Source of the DNA: Chiloscyllium plagiosum
Lineage: Eukaryota
Reading direction: 5' to 3'
NCBI RefSeq assembly: GCF_004010195.1
Contig: NC_057719.1
Span: forward strand, 30,313,853 to 30,377,852
DNA length: 64,000 nucleotides
Shown: positions 28,912 through 41,019 of the stretch, piece by piece
Layout of the letters: every line of letters starts with the position of its first letter
How positions within the stretch are numbered: position 1 is the stretch's first letter
Notes under the pieces: generated by a model
Told to the model about the DNA's origin: nothing
Seen by the model: only the letters and a program-made list of their open reading frames with translations
Database searches by the model: none
Program-made: the position numbers and the translations under genes

Positions 28912-30574
28912 ATTGAGTTGAGTTGTCATTTTTTGTTTCTATATGTGTATATTTTAAAAAAAAAATCCTATCCATTAATGATGTTCACAACCTTATGTCA
29001 TTGATTCATTTTGGTGTATGTTAAGCATCTGTTACCTATACCAAGATGCTTAACTTTGCATTGATATATAGCCTTCATCTCCATATTAATACAAACTAAT
29101 ATCACACTTATTTATTCATTTCTCCAATTTAAACTTCTTTTAGTATTCTTCTAGAATTTGTAACCCAACTACAAATTATTCCCATTTATTTGTAATAAAG
29201 TTTTATACAAATCTATGGAAAATGCATTTTTGTTTTTGTTACAACTGGAGAAAGTCTCTCCCATCACTTTAAAATGTGAGTAATTTCATTCATTACAATG
29301 AGCTGAAGTAACATCTTTTGAATTCTCGAACTAGTCAGAAAAATTGCACTCTATACATTTGTATCTTCCTTATTTTAGCTTCAACATCGTCTTAAATTTT
29401 AATCAGTTTCACTGGAGAGTTTCAGTGTACCAGAAGCAGAATTGACCTGTCCTCTTTCAAACAATGTTTCTAGTCCACTTCCTTGACCTGAAAGATCAAA
29501 TCAACTTTAAAATGAATGCTGTTTATCATGGTCTTTTAATCCAAACTAATTTTAAAAAGGCTTTTTGAATATTTTATTAAGCTTTTGTAAGTGTTTCTTA
29601 TTTGCTTATTACATAACTGCAAGAATGATACATTTCTCTGCTTTCCAAGTGATTTGGCTGGCTTGTTGCTAAATGTGAAATGCATATTATCAAAGCATAG
29701 GAGGATTAGCTGTTTGCATGGTGTCATGTACATGCAAAGTTGATGGCAGTAAAATGGAGCCACCCATATTTTTTGTTTGTCAATCATAAAACACAGTCAA
29801 ATATAAGATAATTAATTCATATAGATTTCTTTCCTAGAGTTATACCACAATCTGAGTTTATTCTGATTGTCTACTGGATCACTTCTATTGGCCTAGCTGC
29901 AATGCGAAATAGCTGGAGTAGGTCATTTGAGCCTATTCTGCCATTTGGCAAGATAAATGGCTGATCTTTCATCTCAATTGTATTTTCCCATGCTTTTTCT
30001 GCATCCCTTACTAGTCAAGAAACTGTTGATCTCCATCTTTAATATAATCGATGACTGAGCATCCACAAGTCTCCCAGGTCGAGAATTCCAAAGATTGACA
30101 ACTCCTTGAAGAAATTTCACCCATCTCAGCTCCAGATGACGTATCATTTATTCTGAGATTCTGACACAGTAATGCAACTTCATCTTGAAAAATTAAACAA
30201 CTTTGTTACAATTTTTATACCCAAAAATGTCATGGAAATTATTTATTGAAATAAAAGGATATCCAGGAATATGGTAGCATGCATAAAACCTGCAATAAAA
30301 AAATGTTCACAGACCTGCATGTGGAGCTGACATCTGTTTACTGTAAACATTTTGGTGTTTTGATTTTAATCTATATTTTTAAGTACTGATAGATATCCAG
30401 AAAGAGCAACATTAATTTTAAACTATTTCAATTGATACAGCTTATTGTAAAGGCATACTTTTCAATATTTACCAGTACTTACTGAATGTTTCACTCTAAC
30501 TGTGCTTTTTTGTTATTTTTGTTTTTTTTTGTATTGTACTTTGTTTCTGTCCTTGGCTGTGATATAACTTAAAG

Positions 30575-30595
30575 GTGATTCTTCTGATATGTCAG
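30575..30595 (+). CDS. EML5: EML5 21-nt microexon (G)DSSDMS(G)
   Basis: Long T-rich tract, aacttaaAG|GTGATTCTTCTGATATGTCAG|GTAAGA; phase 1/1; resembles recalled mammalian GDSADMSA. Confidence 0.9.
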
Positions 30596-30734
30596 GTAAG
30601 AAATTAAAATATTTGGCCTACGTCCTTCATTTCAGATTCATTGTGGAATGTAACCTATATTTCTATGATAAATAATATTCCCAAGATGCAACAGATTATG
30701 CCTGTTAAGATTGTATGCCCAAGAAACATTCACG

Positions 30735-30965
30735 AGAGGAGAAATATCTTCACCCAGAGAGTGGAGAGCCTGTGGGAATCTCTGCCACGAAAAGTGATAG
30801 AGGCCAAACCATTGAATGTTTTCAAGAACGAATTAGATATAGAAAAGATATGGAAAGAAAGCGGGAATAGAATACTGAGCGGGATGATCAGCCTTGATCC
30901 ATTGAATAGTGGAGCAGACTCATTGGGCCCAATGGCCTACCTCTGTTCCTGTTTTCAATGTTTCT
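30735..30965 (+). mobile_element. CR1 3' fragment
   Basis: RNIFTQRVESLWESLP...FKNELD. Confidence 0.8.
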
Positions 30966-32248
30966 GTATATTTTGGTTGGATTGGTTAATTGCCAATAAT
31001 GGCTTCCATGATTTAAAAACCAATAAATATAATTACACTGGTATCTTTGGAAGCTAATGTCATTTGTCTTATTATTAGTGAATACTATATTCATTTTCCA
31101 TTTAAAAAACAGATAGTAATATGTTTTTAATGAGTTTTTTTTCAATAAATTATTGCTGTTAAGCTGATAAATCAAAACAGATTTTGAAGGATTATGTAGT
31201 TTCATTTTTTAAAAATACATCAAAAGGAAATTTGAAAATTGTCTATCACATAATTTAAGAATTAATTTGAGTATTAACAAATGCTATGCAACAGACAACT
31301 AGACCTTTGAATCAAAACTAAAATATCATTGCCTTTTGTGAATGCCTTGGGATGTTAAAAATACTTTATAAACACAATTTGTTGTGCCTACTGATATTGA
31401 AATTGCTTTGTATTTCTATATGTATATAAAATAGTAAGACAGTAAAGAATAGACATCCATAACGGTATATAATTGAATGATTTGTGTATCACTGCATAGT
31501 CTACTATCAATAGCTGTTCACTATGTTGCAAGGAACATCGCTTATATTCCATGCAATCCAGAAGCTTTGAATTGGGAACTGTAAGTCAGCGTGCAGTGGA
31601 GAACTCAAAAACAGGATGATGTTGGAGAATGTTGATCAAAACAAACTTTAGGGTATAAAATTTCCTATTATTTGGTGTAATGAAACTTGCTAATTCTTCA
31701 AGGGTCATTGGCTAATGACTCTCATATTCCTCTTGGCTGCAGTCAGTCAATGCTTTAACAAACTCTGCACTTTCCTGTTCACTGTGTAAACTGAATACCA
31801 ACACGTTACTTATAAATTATTGAACTGAGATGCTCGTTCTAGTTAAACCGTTGATAGAACCTATGATACAAATAATGAAATACATCACATGTTATCTAAG
31901 CAATCATGCAAAAGTATCACTACATCAAAATCACTTCTAAGTCCAATGTTGCATTTAGTTTGCTTATTGCACGATTTCTGGTGCTAAAAACAGGAGCAGC
32001 ATTTCAAGATTTGAAATTTCATAAAGCATGTATAAATATGCAAACATAAGATAATCTAAAAATAAGGGAAACAAACTTGCATGATAGGTATACTTTCTTA
32101 ATGAGTATTGCCGTGATATTTAATGTAGTAAAATATTCAAGTACAAAACTTTAATTGTACAGCTTAGGAACTGAAACATAAAATGGTTCAAACTGAAGAG
32201 TTAAACATCTTAATTTTAGAAAATTAGTATTTGTGTTTACTATGTTAA

Positions 32249-32623
<375 letters not shown>

Positions 32624-32797
32624 TAGTTCCAGATACCTTTGTTCACTACATTTTCATGAGTCAGCAGAACAACAATTTTTGAATTGAAAGAAAGTTAACA
32701 GAAGAATACATTTCAAGTGGCTATATTAACATACTGTCAAATTTTTAAATGCCAAAGTTTAAATATTAAAACTTATAGTCTGCTAATTGCAAATTGA

Positions 32798-33115
<318 letters not shown>

Positions 33116-33870
33116 TAGAGTTTACTTTAAAGTGGAATCAGATCAAAAGTAGATCTTTTATTGATCTTGTAGTAGTCAAAAGCATCCCATGTACAACACT
33201 TACATCAGACTAAAAATCTCTCTTTCTAACACTTCAAAATATGCTTTAGTTAACAATGATTTCAACTTCCAGTCTGGAAAATTGATAATCTTTTCCTGGA
33301 ACTTTCACACACGAGAGTTTAAATGTTCTAAGCTTCAAATAATGTCTTCAGGGTTTTTATCCAAACATTTCTGGCTGAGGACTGTCACTAGACCCCTTAC
33401 TCTAAGCTAATTTAGTGTTAACAAATGTAACCATCTTCTCCCTTTCTCAGGATCATTGTTTCATACTTTGATTTTCATCCAAGAATTTCAGCAGAACTGC
33501 CTAAAACTGAAAGGTCTTCCTCTCTGCATTATGATACTTCCCCAAGCTTAAAAATATCAGGTCCAGAAATTTCTAACAGAAACCTTGATGTACATTGTTT
33601 ATCTTGCTCCGTTGTTAACATGCCTAACATACACAAAACTCCAATATTATTGAAGGCTAGCGCTCTCAAACTATTTTGTAAGAAATCACCATTGGCAACA
33701 GAAATACTCAAGTTAGTTATTAAACTCTTCAGACGCAGATTGCGATAGACAATATGTCATTAATTTGAAATCCCAAACTTAAAATAAATGATATTAAATA
33801 TATTATATCTTTATATATATATATAAATCCTGCACCCTATACCACATTTTATTTTCAGTCACTACATTAA

Positions 33871-34050
<180 letters not shown>

Positions 34051-35671
34051 TGAGTAAAAATATACATTAAAAACTCATTTCTACATGTTTAGTCTGAAAA
34101 GAAAGTAGCGATGACCACTTATACTTTGAAATGTACAAGATTTACATATTCACGTCTGTTGTTGAGACTGGCTAAATTAATTTTAAACATGTTATCTGCT
34201 TTTATTGTACAACTCTGGTTTGTATAAAATGGTCCCAGCTGTATATCTTTCTGCAGCGTATGGATACAGTTCATTAACTTCACTAAGGTTAGGGAAATGT
34301 GAATCATTTTGGCAGCCTCACAACACCAATGACTTTTGTTGAATCAAAAACAAGCAGAAATTGAGACTTCTATTTACCTGATCATTTCAAAATTATGACA
34401 AGGTAGGGCGGAATGCTCTGTCCCCAAGCATATTTTGGGGCCTACAGTATAAAAATATCTCTGAGAAGGTATAAAATAAGTCCAGTGAAGGATTTAAAGG
34501 CTTAAGGCACCTTAACTGGGGACAAGCATCATTATATATGAAGCAGTATGTATGCAAGCATTTTAGGAGAACACAAAATGTCCTGTTTCTCCCACAGGAC
34601 TGCAGGAGTTTCACAGAGGTGTGTAAAGATGAGCAGAAGGTTGCAGCACTATCTCTCCCACTCCATATGTAAGTTCTGAACAACAATGGTATGGGATGTT
34701 TGAGCAACATGAGAAATATAACATGAATGTAGAGTAGACTGGGTACTATCACCTTCCTTGTAATGACATATGCAAAGTATTAATTTAATACCTTAGCTAC
34801 AGTCCGTCCCTCGATGTATAAATTACCTTTTCAGTCCCTAATTGGCCCTACTCCATCTTTTACCACCCTTTCCCTATTTAGATGCTGATAGGATTTTTTT
34901 GGAACTATCTTTTGCATTAACTGGAGGTCTCTTTTTAACACTTTGTCTTTGTTTTTCCACTTGCCCCTGACCTTTTTATATTCTGCCTGTTTCTTCATTG
35001 TACGATCACCTGACATTTGTCATGAGTACATGCTTTCTTCTTCAATCTTTATCTCTCTTATCATCGAGGAGCTCTAGATTGGATTGCCTACATTTTTTTT
35101 CGCTTGTGGAATGTGAACATTTTATTGCCTGTCCCTATTTGCTCTTGAGAAAGTGGTGTTGAGCTGCCATCCTGAACCGCTGCAGTTCACATGCTGCATG
35201 TTGACCCACAATGCCCTTAGGGAGGGAATTCCAGGATTTTGACCTAGTGACAGTGAAGGAATGATGATATATTTCCAAGTCAGGATGGGTGAGCGACTTG
35301 CAGGGAAACTTGCAGGTGGTGGTGTTCCCATGTCTCTGCTGTCCTTGTCCTGCTAGATGGAAGTGGTCATGGGTTTGGTAGGTGCTGTCTGAGTTTCTGA
35401 ATTTCTGCAACACATCTTTAGATAGTACACTCTGCTGATACTGAGCATCAGTGGTGAGGGGAGTGGATACATGTGACTGTGGTGTCAACCAGGGGATTTG
35501 CATTGTCCTGACTCGTCTAAAATGTCTTGAGTGTTGGAGCTGCATTAATCCAGAATGGGGAATTCATCACACTCCTGACTTGTGCCTTATAGACAGTGGA
35601 CTGACTTTGACAAGTTAGGAGATGAATTACTCACCACAGTATTGACAGCCTCTGATCTGCTTTCACGAGAA

Positions 35672-36530
35672 GAATAAGAATGAGCTTTATTGTCACACAC
35701 ATTCACATGAGTACACTGAAAAGTTTACAAATTGCCACTTATGGCGCCATCTTAGTTACCAAGGTATTTAGGTACAGAATCTTAAGTAAAAACTCTGAGG
35801 GGGGAAAGAATTATAAAAATGAAGAAAAAAAAACTCCAGAAATAAATTAGAAAATTAGAGAAATAAGAGTTTAGAATATTAAGCCTTCCAACCCAGATGG
35901 TGCTGGGCTTCACCTTGAGGCAGGGAGCAGGATCCAAGTGAATGCCAAGGTGGGAGGATGGGGGGGGGGCGGCGGATCCGAGGGCACCCTGAGGCCGGGA
36001 GTGGGGGCTGAGTGCATGCCGTGTTGGTGGGGGGGGGGTTTGAGTGCATGCCAGGTGGGGTGTGGTCCGAGTGCACACTGAGGCCCGGGGGGTTAGGGGC
36101 TCCAAGTGCATGCTGAGGCTGGGTAGGGTGTTGTGGTCTGAGTGCATGCCAAGCTGGGGAGGGATGGTGTTCAAGTGCACGCTGAGGCTGGGGTTGTGGG
36201 CTGGGTGCATGCTGAAGCTGGATAGGGGTTGGGCTCTGAGTGGGGTTCGAGTGCACGGTGAAGTTGGGGGAGATAGGCGAGGTTTCTGAGTGCCTCCCGA
36301 GAGGGGAGTGTGATCCGAGTGCACGGTGAGGCTGGGTGGAGGGAGGTATCCGAGTGGGGTATCTGACTGCCCACTGAGCCCGGGAGTCCATGCTGGCTTT
36401 CACCCCAGACATTGCTAACGCTGCCCAAGGATGTAAGCGAAAAAAGAAAAAGAGAGGGAAGGATGATGAAAAAAAGGATGGAGCAATCGAGCTTTGGCTC
36501 AGAAGACCTACTCCGTTGCCAGCTTGGAGA
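35672..36530 (-). mobile_element. bipartite non-autonomous element, copy 1 (GC-rich minisatellite core)
   Basis: Ends shared with 36857-37590: tttattgtca...tgaaaagttt...ttgccact...ggcgccatctta and ggctcagaagacctactcc. Confidence 0.6.
35935..36345 (+). repeat. G-rich degenerate minisatellite (core AGTGCAYG, about 11 units)
   Basis: Recurring agtgcatgcc / agtgcacg(c/g)tgaggctggg units separated by G-runs. Confidence 0.75.
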
Positions 36531-36856
36531 CATTCTTTGTTTATATGATGAGTCCAGTTGAGTTTCTGATCAATAGTAATCCCAAGGCTGTTGATAATGG
36601 CGTGTTCAGTGATGGTAACACCATTGATTGTCAAGGGGCAGTGATTAGATTGTGTCTTATTGGAGATGGTCATCGCCTGGCATTTATGTGGCATGAATAT
36701 TACTTTCCACTTGTCAGCTCAAGCCTTTTTGATTCCAATTTATTTGACCTGGATCAATTCTTACTCTTGAATTTGGCATTCTCTCAATTAATTATTATTC
36801 ATCTAGAAGTTTCTAGTGCATGAGCAGTTACTGCTGGCAAACTCCGCCCATGAAGA

Positions 36857-37590
36857 CTTTTATTTGATTTATTTATTGTCATGTGCATCTTGTTACAAGA
36901 CCAGAGTGAAATGTTGTATAGTGTTGCCACTCTCTGGCACCATCTTAAAACAAAGAAAAATAAACCAAAACGTAGAATATAAAGGCAGAAAAATGTAGAA
37001 ATAAAGGAAGAGTGTTCAACTTTAAAGTCCTGCTTTTTAAGTGCTCCATCATGGGCCATCAACCTGGTGGACAGCCACACGTCCCTTTCAAGTCCTGCCA
37101 CTGGAATGAAAGTGCCACTGGAAACTCTTTGGCACCATCTTGCCTCCACCGATGCCCTCACCACTATTGAGTGCTCAATGAACATTGCCAATGTAGACTC
37201 CACGGATGCTGCCGGGTACTGCAACGGCCCAAACTCTACTCCACTGCCGCCATGAGTCCACTTTGGTTCCACTTTGCCGATACAACGCATCTCGTATTGG
37301 GCCCAAACTCGCCTCCGCCAGCTGTCACCAGGAACCCCAGACTCGTCTCTGCAGCAACAACCATGAGTTGGGGCTAGAACCACCTCGATGATGCAGAAGC
37401 CTCCGGGAGCCCAAACCTGCCTCTGACAACAGCGCCACGAGTTCATGCTGCTGGGGCCTACTCAAGTCCGTGCTGCTGGGCATACCCGCCAATGCCGTTG
37501 CTGCAACCAAGCTCTTTACCAAAAAGGAAAGGAAAAGTAATCAGAGCAGTTGAACCCTAGGCTCAGAAGCCCTAACACCACTGCCACTTT
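36857..37590 (-). mobile_element. bipartite non-autonomous element, copy 2
   Basis: tttattgtcatgtg...gtgaaatgttg...ttgccactctctggcaccatctta and ggctcagaagccctaacacc; different GC-rich centre. Confidence 0.6.
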
Positions 37591-38859
37591 ACAGGAATAT
37601 GACATTGGACACACAGCAGCCTCACAGTATTGTTATTGAATACTCACTTAGAATACTGTTATTCACTTCTGTCCCATACTTTGTGGAGTGTATCAACATC
37701 TTGCATTGGAATTCTGCAGCTGCTGGACCACTTTGTGGTAAGCAGCCATCTCCTGGTTTTAAGCAGGGTGCATCGCAGTATCATTAGCACTCGTTCACTT
37801 CATGCTTAATTAGGTCTCTGCATTGTCAAGGCTTTTAGCACAGACACAAAATCAGGTGGTCTGTCATGGTTGTCAGCAGTGATCAGTCAAGGGGGTGGAC
37901 ATGTTTGTGCATGGCCCCATACTATTTCAGTCTCGCACCTACAATATGTAGCAGCACCTTCCATGGCAAAAACGCTGAATGATCTTCAAACAAAGCCATG
38001 ACACACAGTCTCAGCAGAGTAGTCCTCAGCCATATTAAGAGAGATGGTCTTCAATCAGAACTGTAAGTCAAGAATGTTGTCTGACATTAGTCCAGGAGAC
38101 AAATGTTTGTAGGCAAAGGGATGGCTGGAAATTGAAAAGTCTTCAAAAGTGAGATAACGAGAGTCAAGAGACTGCATGATCCTGCTAGGATATGAGATAG
38201 CTTTGGCAAATAGAGTTATGGAGAATCCAAAAGGATTCTACAAATACACTAACCACAAAAAAAGAATAAGGGAGAGAATAGGGCCCCTTAACGATCAGCC
38301 TATGTGTAGAACTGCAGGAGATGGGGGAGATACTAACTGAGTATTTTGCATCAGTTTTTACAATGGAGAAAGACATGGAAGATATAGAACATGGGAAATG
38401 GCGATATATTGAAAAATGTCCATGCTACAGAGGAAGACATGCTGGACGTCTTAAGATGCATTAAGTTGAATACATCCCTGGAATCTGATCAGGTGTACCC
38501 AAAGATCTCTAGTAAACTAGGATAGTGATTGCTGGGCCCCTTGCTGAGATATTTGAATCATCAATAGCCACAGGTGAAGTACCAGAAGATTGGAGGTTGG
38601 CTAATGTATCACTATTTAAGAAATTTGGTAAGGAAAAGCCAGGGAACTACAGACTGGTGAGCCTGACATCGGTGGTGGACAAATTGTTGGAGGAAATCCT
38701 GCGGGACAGGATTTAGAAAGGCAAGGACTGATTAGGCATTGTCAACATGGCTTTGTGCGTGGGAAATAATGTCTCACTAACTTGATTGAGCTTTTTGAAG
38801 ATGTAATGAAGAGGATTGATAAGGGTAAAGTGGTGGACGTGATCTATATGGATTTCAGT

Positions 38860-39076
38860 GTTGAAAGTGTGGTGCTGGATAAGCACAACAGATCAGGCAA
38901 CATCTGAGGAGCGGGAGAATTAACGTTTCGGGCATAAGCCCTTCAGGAATTCCTGATGAAGGGCTTATGCCTGAAACATCGATTTTCCTACTTCTTGGAT
39001 GCTGCCTGATCTGCTGCGCTTTTCCAGCACCACACTCTCGATTCTGATCTCCAGCATTTGCAGTCCTCACTTTCTC
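38860..39076. mobile_element. palindromic Penelope-like element with hammerhead-like core
   Basis: Inverted arms around gaattc near 38950; CTGATGA-A-GGGCTTATGCCT-GAAACATC at 38953-38980; 16-bp TSD (1 mismatch) at 38844-38859 and 39077-39092. Confidence 0.88.
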
Positions 39077-39561
39077 CTATAGGGATTTCAGTAAGGCATT
39101 CAACAAATTTCCTCATGGTAGACTGGTTAGCAAAATTAGATCACATGGAATACAGGGAGAACTAGCCATTTGGATACAGAACTAGCTCGAAGGTAGAAGG
39201 CAGAGGGTGGTGGTGGAGGGTTGCTTTTCAGACTGGAGGCCTGTGACCAGCGGTGAACCACAAGGATCGGTGCTGGGTCCATTGCTTTTTATCATTTATG
39301 TAAATGATTGGGGTGTGAACCTAGGAGGTACAGTTAATAAGTTTGCAGATGACACCAAAATTGCAGGTGTACTGGACAGCAAAGAAGTTTCAGAGTACAA
39401 TGGGACCTTGATCAGATGGACCAATGAGCCGTGGAGTGGCAGATGGAGTTTAATTTAGATAAATGTGAGGTGCTGCATTTTAGAAAGGCAAAACAGGGCA
39501 GGACTTCTACATTTAATCATTAGGCCTGGGGTAGTGTTGCTGAACAAAGAGACCTTGGAGT

Positions 39562-40274
39562 TGTTATGAAGATATGGATGTACTGTATCTTTTGAGAGAG
39601 TTAACAGCTAGCAGTGTCAGCACCAAGTGTTCTCAATAAGGCACAATGGAAACATGTGGTCCAGCTACTGGTGTAGCTAGTGTAGTTAGTTGCCTGGAGA
39701 CAAAAACAGATTTGAATTAGGCCAATCAGTTTAAGTATACTCCAAAACAAATATCAAACTCCAATCAAGTTTGAATTTAGTATATTGACAATCATAAAAG
39801 CCAATGACACAATCCGATGCTTTGGGGGTATAAGACTGGGGAAAATTGAACAGTCGGGAGGAGAACTGCCAAGCCAACAACATCTGCACACTGCCCAGAA
39901 AAATAGCTCTCTTAAAGGGACCTTTATTGATCAGTAACCTGTGAAGCAGAATCCCCAAGAAGAAAAGAAGACTGAAATACAGAGAAAACTGAAAGCTGCC
40001 TGATATCAAGATAAGAAGTTTTGTTTTGTAAATCTTAATCAGGAGGTCATATTGGACTATATTGTAGAAGGGGAAAGTAAAAGATATGTTAGAGGAAGGA
40101 GTTGTAAATGGTTGTTAGTTAATTATTCTCTGTTATACTTTAAAAAATAAAATTGTTAATTTTTACTTTAAATAGTTCCTGACCTCTTGAATTTTCACAG
40201 ATTACCGCATGGGATAAATCTTTTCTGTGTTGCTGTTTTAAATTAAGCAGGACTATTTACCCCATGTCGTAACA
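39562..40274 (+). mobile_element. solo LTR (713 bp)
   Basis: TGTTATGA...TCGTAACA termini; flanks GAGT and GAGC; TATAA near 39829 and AATAAA near 40145; interrupts CR1 gaccttggag|gcaagttcatagc. Confidence 0.85.
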
Positions 40275-41019
40275 GAGCGCAAGTTCATAGCTCCTTGAAA
40301 GTGGAGTCACATGCAGATATGATAGTGAAGGTGGTGTTTGGTATGCTTTCCTTTATTGGCCACAGAATCTAGTATAGGAGTTGGGAGGTCATGTTGTGGC
40401 TGTATAGGACATTGGTTAGGCCACTTTTGGAATACTGCCTACAATAGGAAGGATGTTGTGAAGCTTGAAAGGGTTCAGAAAGTATTTACAAGGATGTTGC
40501 CAGGGTTAGAGGGTTTGAGCTATAGGAAGAGGCTAAATAGGCTGGGGCTATTTTCCCTGGAATGTCACAGGCTTAGGGGTGACCTTATAGAGATTTATAA
40601 AATCATGAGGGGCATGGATAAGGAGAATAGTTGAGGTCTTTTCCCCACGGTGGGAGGCATAGGGTTAAGGTGAGAGGGGAAAAGATGTAAAGGGGACCTA
40701 AGGGGCAAAAGATTCCTGCATGGTTGTGCATGTATGGAATGAACTGCCAGAGGAAGTGGTGGAAGCTGGTACACTTGCAGCACTTAAAAGGCTTGTGGTT
40801 GGGTGTATGAATATGAAGAATTTAGAGGGGTATAGGCTAAGTGCTGGCAAATGGGACTAGATAAATTTGGGTCAGCATTGATGAGTTGGACCAAAGGGTC
40901 TGTTTGCATGCTGTACAGCTCTATGACTCTAGGTGTTTGGACATAATCTGAGTCCAGAGTCCGGGAAGAGAGCCATAGTCAGTCCTGCTGGTCCATTGCA
41001 AACGATCTGGGAATTAATG

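Larger units (their letters stand above)
35120..36725 (-). mobile_element. second-family LINE fragment split by the insertion at about 35670-36530
   Basis: Minus ORF start MPHKCQAMTISNK...LGITIDQKLNWTHHIN; tail matches the 14600 copy. Confidence 0.78.
38185..40931 (+). mobile_element. CR1 LINE interrupted by a palindromic element and a solo LTR
   Basis: ORFs 38525..38716, 39207..39458 ([19 protein letters not shown]), 40338..40634; tail gctctatgactct. Confidence 0.93.

Noticed and set aside
35935..36345. CRISPR-like array
   Set aside because: Units are degenerate with irregular G-rich spacing, the context is a vertebrate intron, and there are no cas genes.
35782..37446. Long minus-strand ORFs (180, 271, 215 aa)
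   Set aside because: Stop-poor GC-rich repeat sequence joined to a LINE fragment; low-complexity peptides with no recognisable domain.
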